Under the pieces are notes generated by a model. The model was not told the DNA's origin and made no database searches. It was given only the letters and a program-made list of their open reading frames with translations. Shown here one piece after another: positions 37,779-48,047 of a stretch of DNA of 64,000 nucleotides (positions are counted from its first letter, which is position 1; the number at the start of each line of letters is the position of its first letter). The stretch is taken from assembly GCA_965226495.1 (NCBI GenBank), contig OZ245365.1, positions 2,528,001 through 2,592,000 of the forward strand, in the 5' to 3' direction. This DNA comes from Candidatus Marinacidobacterales bacterium (GTDB taxonomy: Bacteria; Acidobacteriota; Vicinamibacteria; Marinacidobacterales; DATDRI01). Both the position numbers and the translations under genes were made by a program.

Positions 37779-38894
37779 CTAGGGATCCTCACCTTCCGGC
37801 CAAAACTGAAACAACGTCTGCGGCGCCGGGAGGTACACTTCCGCCTCAGGCGCTGCCTTCTGAACGGCCTTTACGACTTTGCCCGCGAGTGGAAGTCCCT
37901 TGAGTTTTTCATCCTGTGGCCGAAAAAAGGCTTCCCAGTGCCCCAGGATCACAAAGCGCGGATTCGTGTTCGCAACTATATGGGTCGGTACCGTGTTCGG
38001 CACATCGAAGAAGTTGCCGACACAAAGCAACGCCAGGTCCACTCGCTTCTCGTCGGTGAGCGAAGGGTGCACTTGTCCGACGGGAGCACTGGTGGGAGCG
38101 TCTTGATAGTAAATCCGAAAGACGGACGCCGTGCCCTCCTCGTTCATGAAGTCGATCAGATACGCGTGCGTTTCGCCCTCCTGATAGTTTACGGCCATAT
38201 CAGGGGGCCGAAAACGAGGCCGGAGGACGCCGCCAGGCCAAAGATGGACCATTCCAGCTATTTGCGCTGGATGTTCGGAGCACAAGGGCCGGAAGCGGAC
38301 TCGCGCGCGTGGAACGTCTACCCAGCTGCCCTTGATCCCCGCCTGAGTCGCGTCGTCATCGCTAAAGGCTTCCCGATCCAGGCACATCCTGTAGTCAACG
38401 ACATTGTCGCTGGAACTGTTCAAAGCCCGCACTTTACTGGGCGGGATGACGGGTGTGCCGGCGGGCACGGAGGCGCTCGGACTGTACCCCGCCAGTATGT
38501 TCTTGGTGCTCACATTCCCGTAGATCATCGCGTCCGACGTCTCGTCCCAAATATACGGAACGTCCATCAGGTGGTCGTAGTGTGCGTGGCCCACGAAGAT
38601 GGCGGTCACGTCCTCGGTCGGGGGATGAAACTTGGCGATGAGGTCAGTGTTCGGCTCGACGAGGCCGCCTAGTTCCGTTATCTTCGGGTTCGTGTACAAA
38701 GGTGCAGTGAGGACGGCATCCTCTCCTCTTCGGATAAGAAATCCTCCCACTCCGAGAAAGCGAACCTGAATGACGGACTCGTAGCCCTGCGCCGCCGCGG
38801 TCATCTCCGCTTGGTTATTGCGATGGATCGGAAGGCAAGAGACCAGCGTCGCGCAGATGGCGAGCACTGCGGTCGAAACCCCGACGTTTTTCAT
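37779..38894 (-). CDS. Metallo-beta-lactamase-fold hydrolase lipoprotein
   Basis: GHAHYDH and ILGHWEAFF motifs; lipobox LVSC. Confidence 0.8.
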   Translation of the reverse strand: MKNVGVSTAVLAICATLVSCLPIHRNNQAEMTAAAQGYESVIQVRFLGVGGFLIRRGEDAVLTAPLYTNPKITELGGLVEPNTDLIAKFHPPTEDVTAIFVGHAHYDHLMDVPYIWDETSDAMIYGNVSTKNILAGYSPSASVPAGTPVIPPSKVRALNSSSDNVVDYRMCLDREAFSDDDATQAGIKGSWVDVPRARVRFRPLCSEHPAQIAGMVHLWPGGVLRPRFRPPDMAVNYQEGETHAYLIDFMNEEGTASVFRIYYQDAPTSAPVGQVHPSLTDEKRVDLALLCVGNFFDVPNTVPTHIVANTNPRFVILGHWEAFFRPQDEKLKGLPLAGKVVKAVQKAAPEAEVYLPAPQTLFQFWPEGEDP

Positions 38895-39275
38895 AAGCCG
38901 CTCCCCGAGCGCCAACCGGCCAGGCGGTCGCAACAAACGGTGGTTGGACACCGTGCGCACGGCCAACATCTCAAGCTACTGAATAGTACCCCACACTTGC
39001 GACACGCTTGCACTAAAATTCAGGCCGAGCACCGACCTCCATAGGCAAAACTTCAATTATTGCTCTGCTCTTCATGAAAAACAGTGCGCGATTGCGCAAG
39101 CGTTCTAATGGATCTATGCTATTTGTCGACATTTGATGCCACAGACTGTTCCGCGTCACTCCCTGCTGGTTGGATGGCTGGCTGGGATTCCACATCGAAA
39201 AATAATTACTCTCGACAATGAAATGGTGGGCGGAAGCGTCCGTCTAGACGGAGTGCTCACGCCGGAGGGTCGGTT

Positions 39276-41255
39276 ATGAAATGGCTAGCCAGCGCCGGGT
39301 TCGCGATGATGATTGGTGTCTTCGCGGCCTGTTCGATCTTTCGGTCGGGTCCTCGCACTGTTCCTCAGCCGCGAGGAACGAGCGAGTGGCCATCGTACGG
39401 GAACGATCCCGGCGGGATGCGTTACTCGCCGCTGACGAGGATCGACAAGACCAATGTCCGCCGGCTCAAGAAGGCATGGACTTACAAACATAAGGACAAG
39501 TCCAAAGGGACTTCCGAGATTCCCTCTGCCACCGCCTTCGAGGCTACTCCCATTCTGGTGGAGGGGCGGCTTATCTTCTGCACGCCCTTCAATCGGGTGT
39601 TCGCGCTCGATCCTCTCACCGGAGAGAAACTGTGGGTTTTCGACCCGCACATCCTTCGACAAGTGAAGTACGAGAACCAGCTCGTTTGCCGTGGGGTGTC
39701 GGCCTGGACCGACTCTGCCCGCCCGATCGGCGAGCCGTGCCAGGCTCGCATTTTCACCGGAACCAACGACGCGCGCCTCTTCGCTATCGATGCAAGAACC
39801 GGCGAGCGCTGCTCGGAGTTCGCCAACAACGGAGAATACGATCTGGCCCAGGAACGAGACATCGGAGGGCTACGATGGAAAGGCGAGTATCAAGTTACTT
39901 CACCGCCTGCAATCTTTCGGGATCTGGTCGTGGTTGGCGCGGCCGTCGCGGACAACCAACGAACCGAGGCACCGAGCGGAGTGGTGCGCGCCTTCGATGC
40001 GCGGACCGGTGAGTTGAAGTGGCATCAGGACTTCCGACCACCTGATTTCGACGGGCCGGTCAGCGAGGCTGGATACGCCCTGGGAACTCCCAACGTCTGG
40101 TCGATCATGTCCGTCGACGAGGAGCTGGGACTCGTTTACGCCCCTACCGGTAATCCCGCGCCGGACTTCTTTCGTGGCGAACATACCGAGCTGGCTGACA
40201 TGGGCTACTACGGAAGCTCGGTGGTGGCACTAGTCGGCGACACCGGCGAAGTTGCCTGGCACTTCCAAACCGTTCATCACGATCTGTGGGATTACGACGT
40301 TCCCGCTCAGCCGGTGCTCTACACGTTCCAAAGTGACGAGGGCCCCGTTCCGGCCTTGGCGCAGGCGACCAAAACGGGCCATCTCTTTCTGTTAAACCGA
40401 GAGACCGGCGAGCCTCTGTTTCCTGTGCATGAAAAGCCGGTGCCTCAAGAGGGTGTGGCGGGCGAATGGCTCTCGCCTACCCAGCCTTTTCCGGAGCGGC
40501 CAACTGCGCTGTCGGAGCAGGCACTCCGAGTCGAAGACATCGATACCAGCACGGGGCACGGACGCAAATGTCGTCAGCTTCTCGAGGGGATGGACAGCAA
40601 CGGCATCTTCACGCCGCCGTCGGTCCGGGGCACGGTTTTATTTCCTGGTAGTGGAGGCGGCCTCAACTGGAGCGGGGTGGCCATCGATCCCGTGCGGCAG
40701 ATCTTGATCACCAATTCGACCAACATCGCGTGGACCGTGCGACTCTTTCCCAGCTCCAGTTACGCACAGGAGCGTAGCGACGACCCGCAGGGCGAGGTGC
40801 GGCCGCAGGACGGAACCCCCTTCGGGATGAGTCGCGCCTTTTTTACGGAGAGTTTCGCTTTGTTTTTCAAAGATGTTCCGTGCAATCCCCCACCGTGGGG
40901 GCACCTTCACGGGATCGATCTCGAGACGGGCACTCCCATTTGGAAAACGAAACTCGGTAAGGCCTTCGGTAAACAAGGGCTCCCCAGCTTGGGCGGCGCC
41001 ATCCTGACGTCTACCGGGCTAGCGTTCATCAGCGGGACGGTTAAGGACAATCACCTAAGAGCCTTCGACGTCGAGACCGGCGAGGAGCTGTGGAAAGGGA
41101 AACTCCCCTTTGGCGGCCAAGCGACTCCCATGACGTACGAGGTTCAGTTGGAGGATGGCCGTCGGCGTCAATTTGTCGTTGTCGCGGCAGGCGGTAACGG
41201 CCGCGCCAGGACCAAGATAGGCGACTCGCTAGTGGCTTTCGCTCTGCCAGAATAG
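39276..41255 (+). CDS. PQQ-dependent (glucose/quinate-type) dehydrogenase lipoprotein
   Basis: EWPSYGND.GG.RYSPL, FEATP, CRGV, HHDLWDYD and QATPMTY motifs; lipobox FAAC. Confidence 0.9.
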   Translation: MKWLASAGFAMMIGVFAACSIFRSGPRTVPQPRGTSEWPSYGNDPGGMRYSPLTRIDKTNVRRLKKAWTYKHKDKSKGTSEIPSATAFEATPILVEGRLIFCTPFNRVFALDPLTGEKLWVFDPHILRQVKYENQLVCRGVSAWTDSARPIGEPCQARIFTGTNDARLFAIDARTGERCSEFANNGEYDLAQERDIGGLRWKGEYQVTSPPAIFRDLVVVGAAVADNQRTEAPSGVVRAFDARTGELKWHQDFRPPDFDGPVSEAGYALGTPNVWSIMSVDEELGLVYAPTGNPAPDFFRGEHTELADMGYYGSSVVALVGDTGEVAWHFQTVHHDLWDYDVPAQPVLYTFQSDEGPVPALAQATKTGHLFLLNRETGEPLFPVHEKPVPQEGVAGEWLSPTQPFPERPTALSEQALRVEDIDTSTGHGRKCRQLLEGMDSNGIFTPPSVRGTVLFPGSGGGLNWSGVAIDPVRQILITNSTNIAWTVRLFPSSSYAQERSDDPQGEVRPQDGTPFGMSRAFFTESFALFFKDVPCNPPPWGHLHGIDLETGTPIWKTKLGKAFGKQGLPSLGGAILTSTGLAFISGTVKDNHLRAFDVETGEELWKGKLPFGGQATPMTYEVQLEDGRRRQFVVVAAGGNGRARTKIGDSLVAFALPE

Positions 41256-41307
41256 TTGGGTTCCGGCAGGCGTTGGGCTCCGAGCCGTTAAGATTGCCGG
41301 TCATTGC

Positions 41308-41769
41308 TCAGCGCGCCGCGACTTGGACCGTCTGCCAGTCGGCAACCATGGCCGCGCACGCCTCTTTGACGGCGTTTCCGAGGCTGCGAGTGGAGCCGCT
41401 CCTGATGGCATCTCCCTCTGCGTTGTAAACCGCATACTTGTTGTTCTTCCGCACGAACACTTTCCCGCCCTCGTGCTGGAGCACGAGGATGTAGTCGGCA
41501 CGCTCCTCTTTCCGCGTCACGATCAATTTGGGACATCGCTCGTTAAGCGTCTTCACGATCTCGGCGGTCTGCGGCTTGGCTCCGCCGGTCACCCCGCCCC
41601 CACCCACGCCGTCGCCAAAGTCGAAAATATCGAACTCGCCCCCGAGCGACCACGACTCGCTCTCGGGAACAAATACACGGGCGCGCCCGTCATTTTTGGA
41701 CTCGGCGCTCGCAACAAGTGCCGTCAGCGCGGTCAGCACGAAAACCATCAGCGTTGTTGGTTTAGACAT
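41308..41769 (-). CDS. Exported hypothetical protein
   Basis: Signal peptide, GGAGG RBS, two Cys residues. Confidence 0.65.
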   Translation of the reverse strand: MSKPTTLMVFVLTALTALVASAESKNDGRARVFVPESESWSLGGEFDIFDFGDGVGGGGVTGGAKPQTAEIVKTLNERCPKLIVTRKEERADYILVLQHEGGKVFVRKNNKYAVYNAEGDAIRSGSTRSLGNAVKEACAAMVADWQTVQVAAR

Positions 41770-42078
41770 TTTCCGTTCCTCCGCCGACTACACTGCAAAG
41801 ACCATACCAGGCCTTTTCGAGCTTTCATCGCCCTCGAACGGTCATTTCCGTCCTTTCGCGGAGACGAGGCCGCCCAGGAATGGGGACGGGCTCATCAGGA
41901 TGAAACGTACTCGTCCGGACCGAGTAACCAAAAGTAACCCCCAGGGCTTGATGTCGAGGATAGCTTCCATGGCCCGATCGCAACCGTCGAAGAAGTCTCG
42001 CGAGGACATTGCAACCGGTAGGTCGGGCTTATGGGTAGGCGCGGGTTGTCTGCGGTGGTTCGCTGGCGGTAGAGGGCT

Positions 42079-43629
42079 TCAGTTGCCGAGCTTGTTCCGG
42101 ACCCCCTCCACTTCGGCCCTCGAGAGACCGCTCCCGCCTCGGGTCACGATGCTCTGTTGCCGGCCGGTAGACTGATCGAGTGCGGTCACTCGGACGATGC
42201 CGTTCAAGTCGATCTCGAAGGAGACTTCGATTTGGAGGACCCCCTTCGGGGCGGGCGCGATGTCGATCATTTGGAACCGCCCCAGCGAGGTGTTGTCGGC
42301 TGCTTCCTTGTTCTCGCCCTGCAGGACGTGAACCTCGACCTTCGTTTGGTTGTCGGTGACGGTCGTGAAGATCCTGGTCTTCTTGGTCGGAATGGCGGCT
42401 TGCCGATCGATGAGAGGAGTAAACGTCCCACCCGCGGTCTCGATACCGAGCGTGTGCGGCGTGACCTCGAGAAGAACGAGGTTGGCGACCTCTCCGGACA
42501 GGATGCCGGTCTGGATGGCGGCGCCCATCGACACGACCTCGTCGGGGTTCACACTTCGGCGGGGTTCGCGGCCGAAGATTCTCTGCACGAACTCGACGAC
42601 CTTGGGCGTACGGGTCTGACCCCCGACCAAGACGACGTCATTGATCTCGTCCCTCGTAATACCGGCGTCCTTCAATGCGGTCACGCACGGCAGTATCGTC
42701 CGCTCGAGCAAGGGATGGATCATCTCTTCGAACTTTTCTCGCGTAAGAACGGCCCTGAGATCCTTGGGGCTGGACTCGTTCCCGGAGATAAAGGGAAGAA
42801 CGATCTCCGACTCAGCGGCCGTAGAGAGCTCGCACTTGGCTCTCTCCGCGGCTTCCTTGAGCTTTTGGACTGCCATGGGGTCCCCGGTGAGATCGCTCTT
42901 GGTATCCCTCTTGAACTCATCGACGAGCCAATTGATGATGAGTTGATCGATGTCCTCGCCCCCGAGATAGGTGTCGCCACCGGTTGCGAGCACCTGGTAA
43001 AGCCCGTCCGTCGCCTCTAGGATCGAGATGTCGAAACTTCCTCCACCCAGGTCGAAAACCGCAAACCTACCGGCCTTCGTCTGTCGGGCTCCATAGGCCA
43101 GAGCAGCCGCAGTAGCGTCGTTCAAGATACGCAGCACCTTGAGGCCTGCCATGTAGCCGGCATCCTTGACGGCCTGCCGCTGCGAATCGTTGAAATAGGC
43201 CGGAGCGGTGATGATGGCGTCTTCCACCGGCTCACCGAGATAGTCTTCCGCCGCCGCCTTCAGTTTCTGAAGGACCATCGCGGAGAGCTCGGAGGGGCTA
43301 TAAATCTTGTCCTCAATTTTGATGTGCGCGTCCCCGTTGTCGGCCTCGACGACCTCGTAGGGAAGAACGTTCTTGGCTCCCTGGACTTCTGGAGAGTCGA
43401 AACGCCGTCCGATCAGCCTCTTGACGGCGTGGACCGTGTTTTGAGGATTGGTCAGTGACTGCTCTTTGGCAATCTGTCCGACCAGCCGCTCGCCCTTGTC
43501 GGAAAAGGCCACGACGGAAGGAGTCGTCCGCGAACCCTCCTGGTTGGGGATGATTTGTGCGGTTCCACCTTCCATCGCGACCATGCACGAGTTGGTCGTG
43601 CCGAGGTCAATGCCGACAACTTTGCTCAT
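42079..43629 (-). CDS. dnaK: DnaK/Hsp70-family protein lacking the C-terminal lid
   Basis: GIDLGTTNS, TTPSVVAF, PAYFNDSQRQA, DLGGGSFD and LVGGQTR motifs; ends at 516 aa after the beta substrate-binding domain. Confidence 0.8.
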   Translation of the reverse strand: MSKVVGIDLGTTNSCMVAMEGGTAQIIPNQEGSRTTPSVVAFSDKGERLVGQIAKEQSLTNPQNTVHAVKRLIGRRFDSPEVQGAKNVLPYEVVEADNGDAHIKIEDKIYSPSELSAMVLQKLKAAAEDYLGEPVEDAIITAPAYFNDSQRQAVKDAGYMAGLKVLRILNDATAAALAYGARQTKAGRFAVFDLGGGSFDISILEATDGLYQVLATGGDTYLGGEDIDQLIINWLVDEFKRDTKSDLTGDPMAVQKLKEAAERAKCELSTAAESEIVLPFISGNESSPKDLRAVLTREKFEEMIHPLLERTILPCVTALKDAGITRDEINDVVLVGGQTRTPKVVEFVQRIFGREPRRSVNPDEVVSMGAAIQTGILSGEVANLVLLEVTPHTLGIETAGGTFTPLIDRQAAIPTKKTRIFTTVTDNQTKVEVHVLQGENKEAADNTSLGRFQMIDIAPAPKGVLQIEVSFEIDLNGIVRVTALDQSTGRQQSIVTRGGSGLSRAEVEGVRNKLGN

Positions 43630-43959
43630 TTCTTGGGGCGCGGGTTATGGGCACCTTGGCAAGGCTTCATGGCGTGACCTCTCGATTCAACTTCTCGATT
43701 GGGGGTATTTATAAATTTACACCCTGTGAGTGGTCGCCGTCAAAGGCGGAGGTGATGAGCTTTCACGAGAACCTAAAGCCAGAGATCGATGTACGGACGG
43801 CTATTCGGTAACTTTTAGGGTCGCCAGCCCAACATCCCTCGAAGTAAGCGTCGAACCTTCAAGTTTTTCTGCTTAGACTCTCCGAAACTGTGAAGAGATT
43901 CACGGCCACGACCCATAGCCCGCGCTAGGATCCGAACGAGGGAGACTGAGGAGGTTCGC

Positions 43960-45135
43960 ATGAGCGCCAGACGGTCCCGACCCAAGAAAGAAACGCCCCG
44001 CACTTCCCACGCCCACCTCGGTACTTCCCTTCTGACTTCGGATCGCGAACGAATGGAGGTCGGATGCCTGACCGAGCAGACTCGGCCATTCCAGGAAGTC
44101 CTCTCCAAGCGAATCGTCGGACAGGATGAAGCCAAAGAGAAACTGATTTGCGCGTGCTCCAGAGTCACTTCCGAACTGAGAGACCCGAATCGTCCGGCGT
44201 TGAATTTGCTGCTCCTTGGCCCTACCGGTGTCGGCAAAACGGAGACTGCCAAGGCCTTTGCAGAGACCCTGTTCGGCTCGGAGAACGCGTTAACTCGAGT
44301 CAATTGCGAAGAGTATCCCCATGGGCATGAGCTCGCGAAACTGTTGGGTGCTCCGCCCGGATACGTTGGCCACCACATAGAGCCGCTCTTGAGTCAACGT
44401 CGGATCGGCAAGCACCATCGCCAGGCACTCATTGAAGGTAAGGGTATTGTGGGGGCGAGGCAACTCTCGGCGAGCAGCGTTCCTGAGACAGGGAGTGAGC
44501 TTTCTGTCATCTTGTTCGATGAGATCGAAAAAGCGCATCCGGTTCTCTGGAACTCCATGCTCGGCATTCTCGAGGGCGGTACCCTGACGCTTGGCGACAA
44601 CAGTACGACGGACTTTACTCAATCGATCATCGTGATGACCTCCAACGTCGGCAGTCAAGAGCTGGGTAACCTCTTGGAGAGGAAACCCATGGGTTTCCGC
44701 TCGGCGTCAGAAGACCGGAAGCGTAACGATTCTCGAAAGACAGTTCTGACCGCGGCACGAAACAAATTTCCGATGGAGTTTCTGAATCGTTTCGACGAGA
44801 CGCTCGTTTTCGCCTCACTCGAGCGCCGGCACTTGAAGGCGATCTTCGACAAGTTTCTGGCCGAGATTCACGACCGGGCCATGCGTATGGCGGGCGTTCC
44901 GTTGCTTATCAAAGTAAGTGCGGAGCGGCGGGACTTGATCCTCGAGCGCGGCACCAATCTGGCATTCGGCGCTAGGCCCCTTCGTCGCGCCGTGGAGGCC
45001 GGCCTGGTGGACCCGCTGTCTCGGCTCATCGGCTCGAACCGCGTGAGCGCCGGAGACGTTGTGGATGTCGAGCGAAACGGTGACGAGTTAGTGTTTTATC
45101 GCCGAGCCGTGACCGAGCCGACACTCGTGGTCTGA
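43960..45135 (+). CDS. Stand-alone ClpA/B-type second AAA+ module
   Basis: GPTGVGKT, GAPPGYVG, LFDEIEKAH, EFLNRFD and GARPLRR motifs; no N-domain or D1. Confidence 0.85.
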   Translation: MSARRSRPKKETPRTSHAHLGTSLLTSDRERMEVGCLTEQTRPFQEVLSKRIVGQDEAKEKLICACSRVTSELRDPNRPALNLLLLGPTGVGKTETAKAFAETLFGSENALTRVNCEEYPHGHELAKLLGAPPGYVGHHIEPLLSQRRIGKHHRQALIEGKGIVGARQLSASSVPETGSELSVILFDEIEKAHPVLWNSMLGILEGGTLTLGDNSTTDFTQSIIVMTSNVGSQELGNLLERKPMGFRSASEDRKRNDSRKTVLTAARNKFPMEFLNRFDETLVFASLERRHLKAIFDKFLAEIHDRAMRMAGVPLLIKVSAERRDLILERGTNLAFGARPLRRAVEAGLVDPLSRLIGSNRVSAGDVVDVERNGDELVFYRRAVTEPTLVV

Positions 45136-45212
45136 TGGCCGTCAGTCGACGCGGGGTAACGGACTACGAGCATAATAAGTGACGTCCTCGATTATTCGTC
45201 CGTCTTTGATTT

Positions 45213-46094
45213 TTATGAAAGCGGCGATATTTTCTCGATGGGGACGTAAATATCTGTTTCCCATTTCTCGGGCGGCAAAGTATCAGGGTCGGCCAGATAG
45301 TGATTGTAAGAAGGCTCTTCCCTCAACACAGTCCCTGAAGAGCTCAACCAGGAGCCATAAAGGAAATCGTACTTTTCTTCCAAACCTTCATAAGGGCCCA
45401 CATGGCGGGTCACGGCATAGAGCCCTCCTCCCAACAACACCTCCCGGTGATTCGCGTCAGGTTGAACATTTGGTCCAAAATCGAAGCAACAATCGAACCT
45501 GCATTCTTCTTCGGGAACTCCTCTAGGGTCATCAATCGGGATTCCGTAGATTCCCGTGAAACCCTTTGCTCGGCCCGTCTTCTCCGCCCAGCGAATCAAG
45601 CCTCCGTAGACTTTGAAAAGCCCTTTGTGTGGGCCGACGTGGCGGGAGGCGATCACCTTGAGGGGGTCTACCGACACGAGTCTGACTTCAAGCATCTTTC
45701 TGGTCGTTTGTTTCGGAGGACTGGACAAATCCTCTATCACGGCTTCGAGTTTGTGTGGTTCTTGGCGCAATACGCTGGCACTGAAGCCGGTCACCTCGCG
45801 GAACGCTTTGGCAAACGCCTGAGAAGATTGATAGTCGACGTCAAAAGCAATATCCGTTACAGGTTTTTGGGTGTCTTTCAGCATGACGGCCGCCCGCGCT
45901 AGGCGCAGGCGTCGAAGTGTCCCCGAAGGCGTCTCGCCCGTGATCGCGCGGTAGACTCGATGAAAATGAAAGGGGGAGATTCCGGCGATATCGGCCAGCT
46001 CCTGCAAGGTGGGCGTCGCTTCCACCCGCTGGTTCAAGTGGTCAACCACCCGATGAATGCGCTCGATATAGCTGTCTTTGGTCTTCGGTTTCAT
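45213..46094 (-). CDS. AraC family regulator with GyrI-like domain
   Basis: SPFHFHR and SSQAFAKAF motifs; GGLYAVTRHVGPY...TDIYVP. Confidence 0.9.
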   Translation of the reverse strand: MKPKTKDSYIERIHRVVDHLNQRVEATPTLQELADIAGISPFHFHRVYRAITGETPSGTLRRLRLARAAVMLKDTQKPVTDIAFDVDYQSSQAFAKAFREVTGFSASVLRQEPHKLEAVIEDLSSPPKQTTRKMLEVRLVSVDPLKVIASRHVGPHKGLFKVYGGLIRWAEKTGRAKGFTGIYGIPIDDPRGVPEEECRFDCCFDFGPNVQPDANHREVLLGGGLYAVTRHVGPYEGLEEKYDFLYGSWLSSSGTVLREEPSYNHYLADPDTLPPEKWETDIYVPIEKISPLS

Positions 46095-46234
46095 CCTTGC
46101 CCCTCGGCCGGCCTACTTAGCCAGGGGAACACATTAGCAAATGTTTCAGGGATTGGCGTTTCCAGGATTGCTGCTTTTTTTGGAAACCTCCGGCTTGCTT
46201 GCTGGGCGTGAAATCTCTATCCTGCCGTCCTTAC

Positions 46235-47455
46235 ATGGGAAACATCAGACCTGCGTCCATCGTGTCGCCCGAAGACCAGCGCGTTACGTTCGTCGAGCTT
46301 TTTTTTGATCTCGTCTTCGTCTTTTCGGTCACCCAGGTTGTCCGACTGCTCCACCATCACCTGGATTGGACGGGGGTCGGGCAGACCGTCCTCGTCTTCT
46401 GGCTCGTATGGTGGGCGTGGTCGCAGTTCACGTGGGCCCTCAACGCAGCGGACACCACACATGCTGGGGTCGAGCTCCTGACCCTTTTAGCCACCGGCGT
46501 CGCGTTCTTCATGGCGGTTTCCCTCCCCAACGCCTTTTCGGGCGGTGGCGCTTGGTTCGCGGTCCCGTACGTGCTGGTGCGAATCATCGGCTTGGGCCTT
46601 TACATCCGGGTCTCCTTGGATGCGGGGCCGTCGCACCGCACAGCGGTCCGAACCTTCGCGCTACTCTCCGTCGGGGGCCTCGCCGCCGTGCTGGCCGGCG
46701 GATTCGCGGGAGGTAGCACAACGTATTGGCTCTGGGGGATCGCGATCCTGCTCGACATCGTTGCCGCACTCGTGGGCGTGGAGGCCGGTGAGTTCGACCT
46801 ACACCCGGACCATTTCGCGGAACGTCACGGCCTGTTTGTGATCATCGCGCTCGGCGAGTCACTCATCGTGGCCGCAGGCGGGCTTTCAGGCGCGGAACGC
46901 CGAGCCAGATCGCGGTGGGCGCGCTGACTGTGGCGACCACGTGTGCCCTTTGGTGGAGCGGAAATCACGCCGAGCCAGATCGCGGTGGGCGCGCTGACTG
47001 TGGCGACCACGTGTGCCCTTTGGTGGAGCTACTTCGGACGCGCCAAGCCCGGGCTGGACGCCGCCTTGGAAGCGGCGAACGGGCCGGACCGAGCGCCACT
47101 GGGGCGCGACGTGTTCACATTGCTGCACTTCGTGATGATCCTGGGGGTCATCGCGTTCGCCGTGGCAGTCGAGGAGGCGGTCCTCCACCCAACGGACGCT
47201 TTGGGTTTGGAGAGTCGCTTGGCGCTGGCGATGGGCGTCGTCCTCTTCACGGGTGGCATGGCGCTCGCCATGTGGCGCGCAATGAGGAAGCTTCCCCTTT
47301 TCAGGGTGTTCGTCGCAGTCGCTACCGGGATCGGCGTCGTGGCGGCGGCAGGCATTCCGCCCGCGCTGCCCGTAGCCATTGCGTTCGTCGGCGTCACGAC
47401 GATCGCGGTTGCCGAACACCGGACTGACGTTCCGGCCTCCACGATCAACCTCTAA
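46235..47455 (+). pseudogene. ltrA: Low temperature requirement protein A interrupted by a duplicated segment
   Basis: ELFFDLVFVF, HFAERHGLFVIIALGES and LWWSYF motifs; TGA at 46925-46927 inside a duplicated block. Confidence 0.8.
46892..47029 (+). repeat. Tandem duplication (63 bp identical; first copy lacks 'atca')
   Basis: 46897-46959 = 46967-47029. Confidence 0.95.
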
Positions 47456-47494
47456 CGTCTCTAGTCGGAGACAGGGCGACCCCGCCTCCGCATC

Positions 47495-48004
47495 CTAGCC
47501 CGTGAATTCAGCGATCTGCGAACCGCACTGTTGTGCGTGCACGATCTTCTCGTATTCCTCGCGAGGCACCGAGGGTCCCTTTCGCGTGCAGTGCTCACGG
47601 AAAGCCTTCTCGAGCCCCGAAGCGATCGCTTCAACCGTCATGCGCTCGATCTGTCGCCGCTCTAGCACGTAGGCGAGCTTGCCATCTTTAAACAGCGCGA
47701 TGGAAGGCGACGAGGGCGGGACCTCGTACATCTGCTTGCGAGCACGTTCGGTCGCCTCTCGGTTCACGCCCGCGAAAACGGTAGTCAACTGATCGGGAAT
47801 CACCTCGTTTTGAAGCGCCCGCGTGACTCCCGGTCTGGCGGAACCCGCCGCGCAGCCGCAGACGGAATTGACGACGACGAGCGTCGTTCCGGGTTTCGCG
47901 AGTGCCTCCTCAACTTCTTCAACGGTCGCTAGCGGCGTGACGCCACATTGTGCGAGCTCCTCCCACATCGGTCGAACGGCTTCTGGATCGTAGAGCGGTT
48001 GCAT
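47495..48004 (-). CDS. BrxA/BrxB family bacilliredoxin
   Basis: VNSVCGCAAGSARPG, TVFAG and PPSSPSIALFKDG motifs. Confidence 0.9.
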   Translation of the reverse strand: MQPLYDPEAVRPMWEELAQCGVTPLATVEEVEEALAKPGTTLVVVNSVCGCAAGSARPGVTRALQNEVIPDQLTTVFAGVNREATERARKQMYEVPPSSPSIALFKDGKLAYVLERRQIERMTVEAIASGLEKAFREHCTRKGPSVPREEYEKIVHAQQCGSQIAEFTG

Positions 48005-48047
48005 GTTCAATTCATTCCTCCCCTTCGTGCGTTAGTCTTACTCACCA

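Noticed and set aside
41823-41907. Minus-strand CUGAUGA...GAAA with flanking stems, resembling a hammerhead ribozyme
   Set aside because: Stem II is followed by GG rather than GAAA, and no A-U pair or UH cleavage triplet closes stem III
46925-46927. In-frame TGA between the two ltrA halves as possible selenocysteine
   Set aside because: Fully explained by the out-of-register duplicated block
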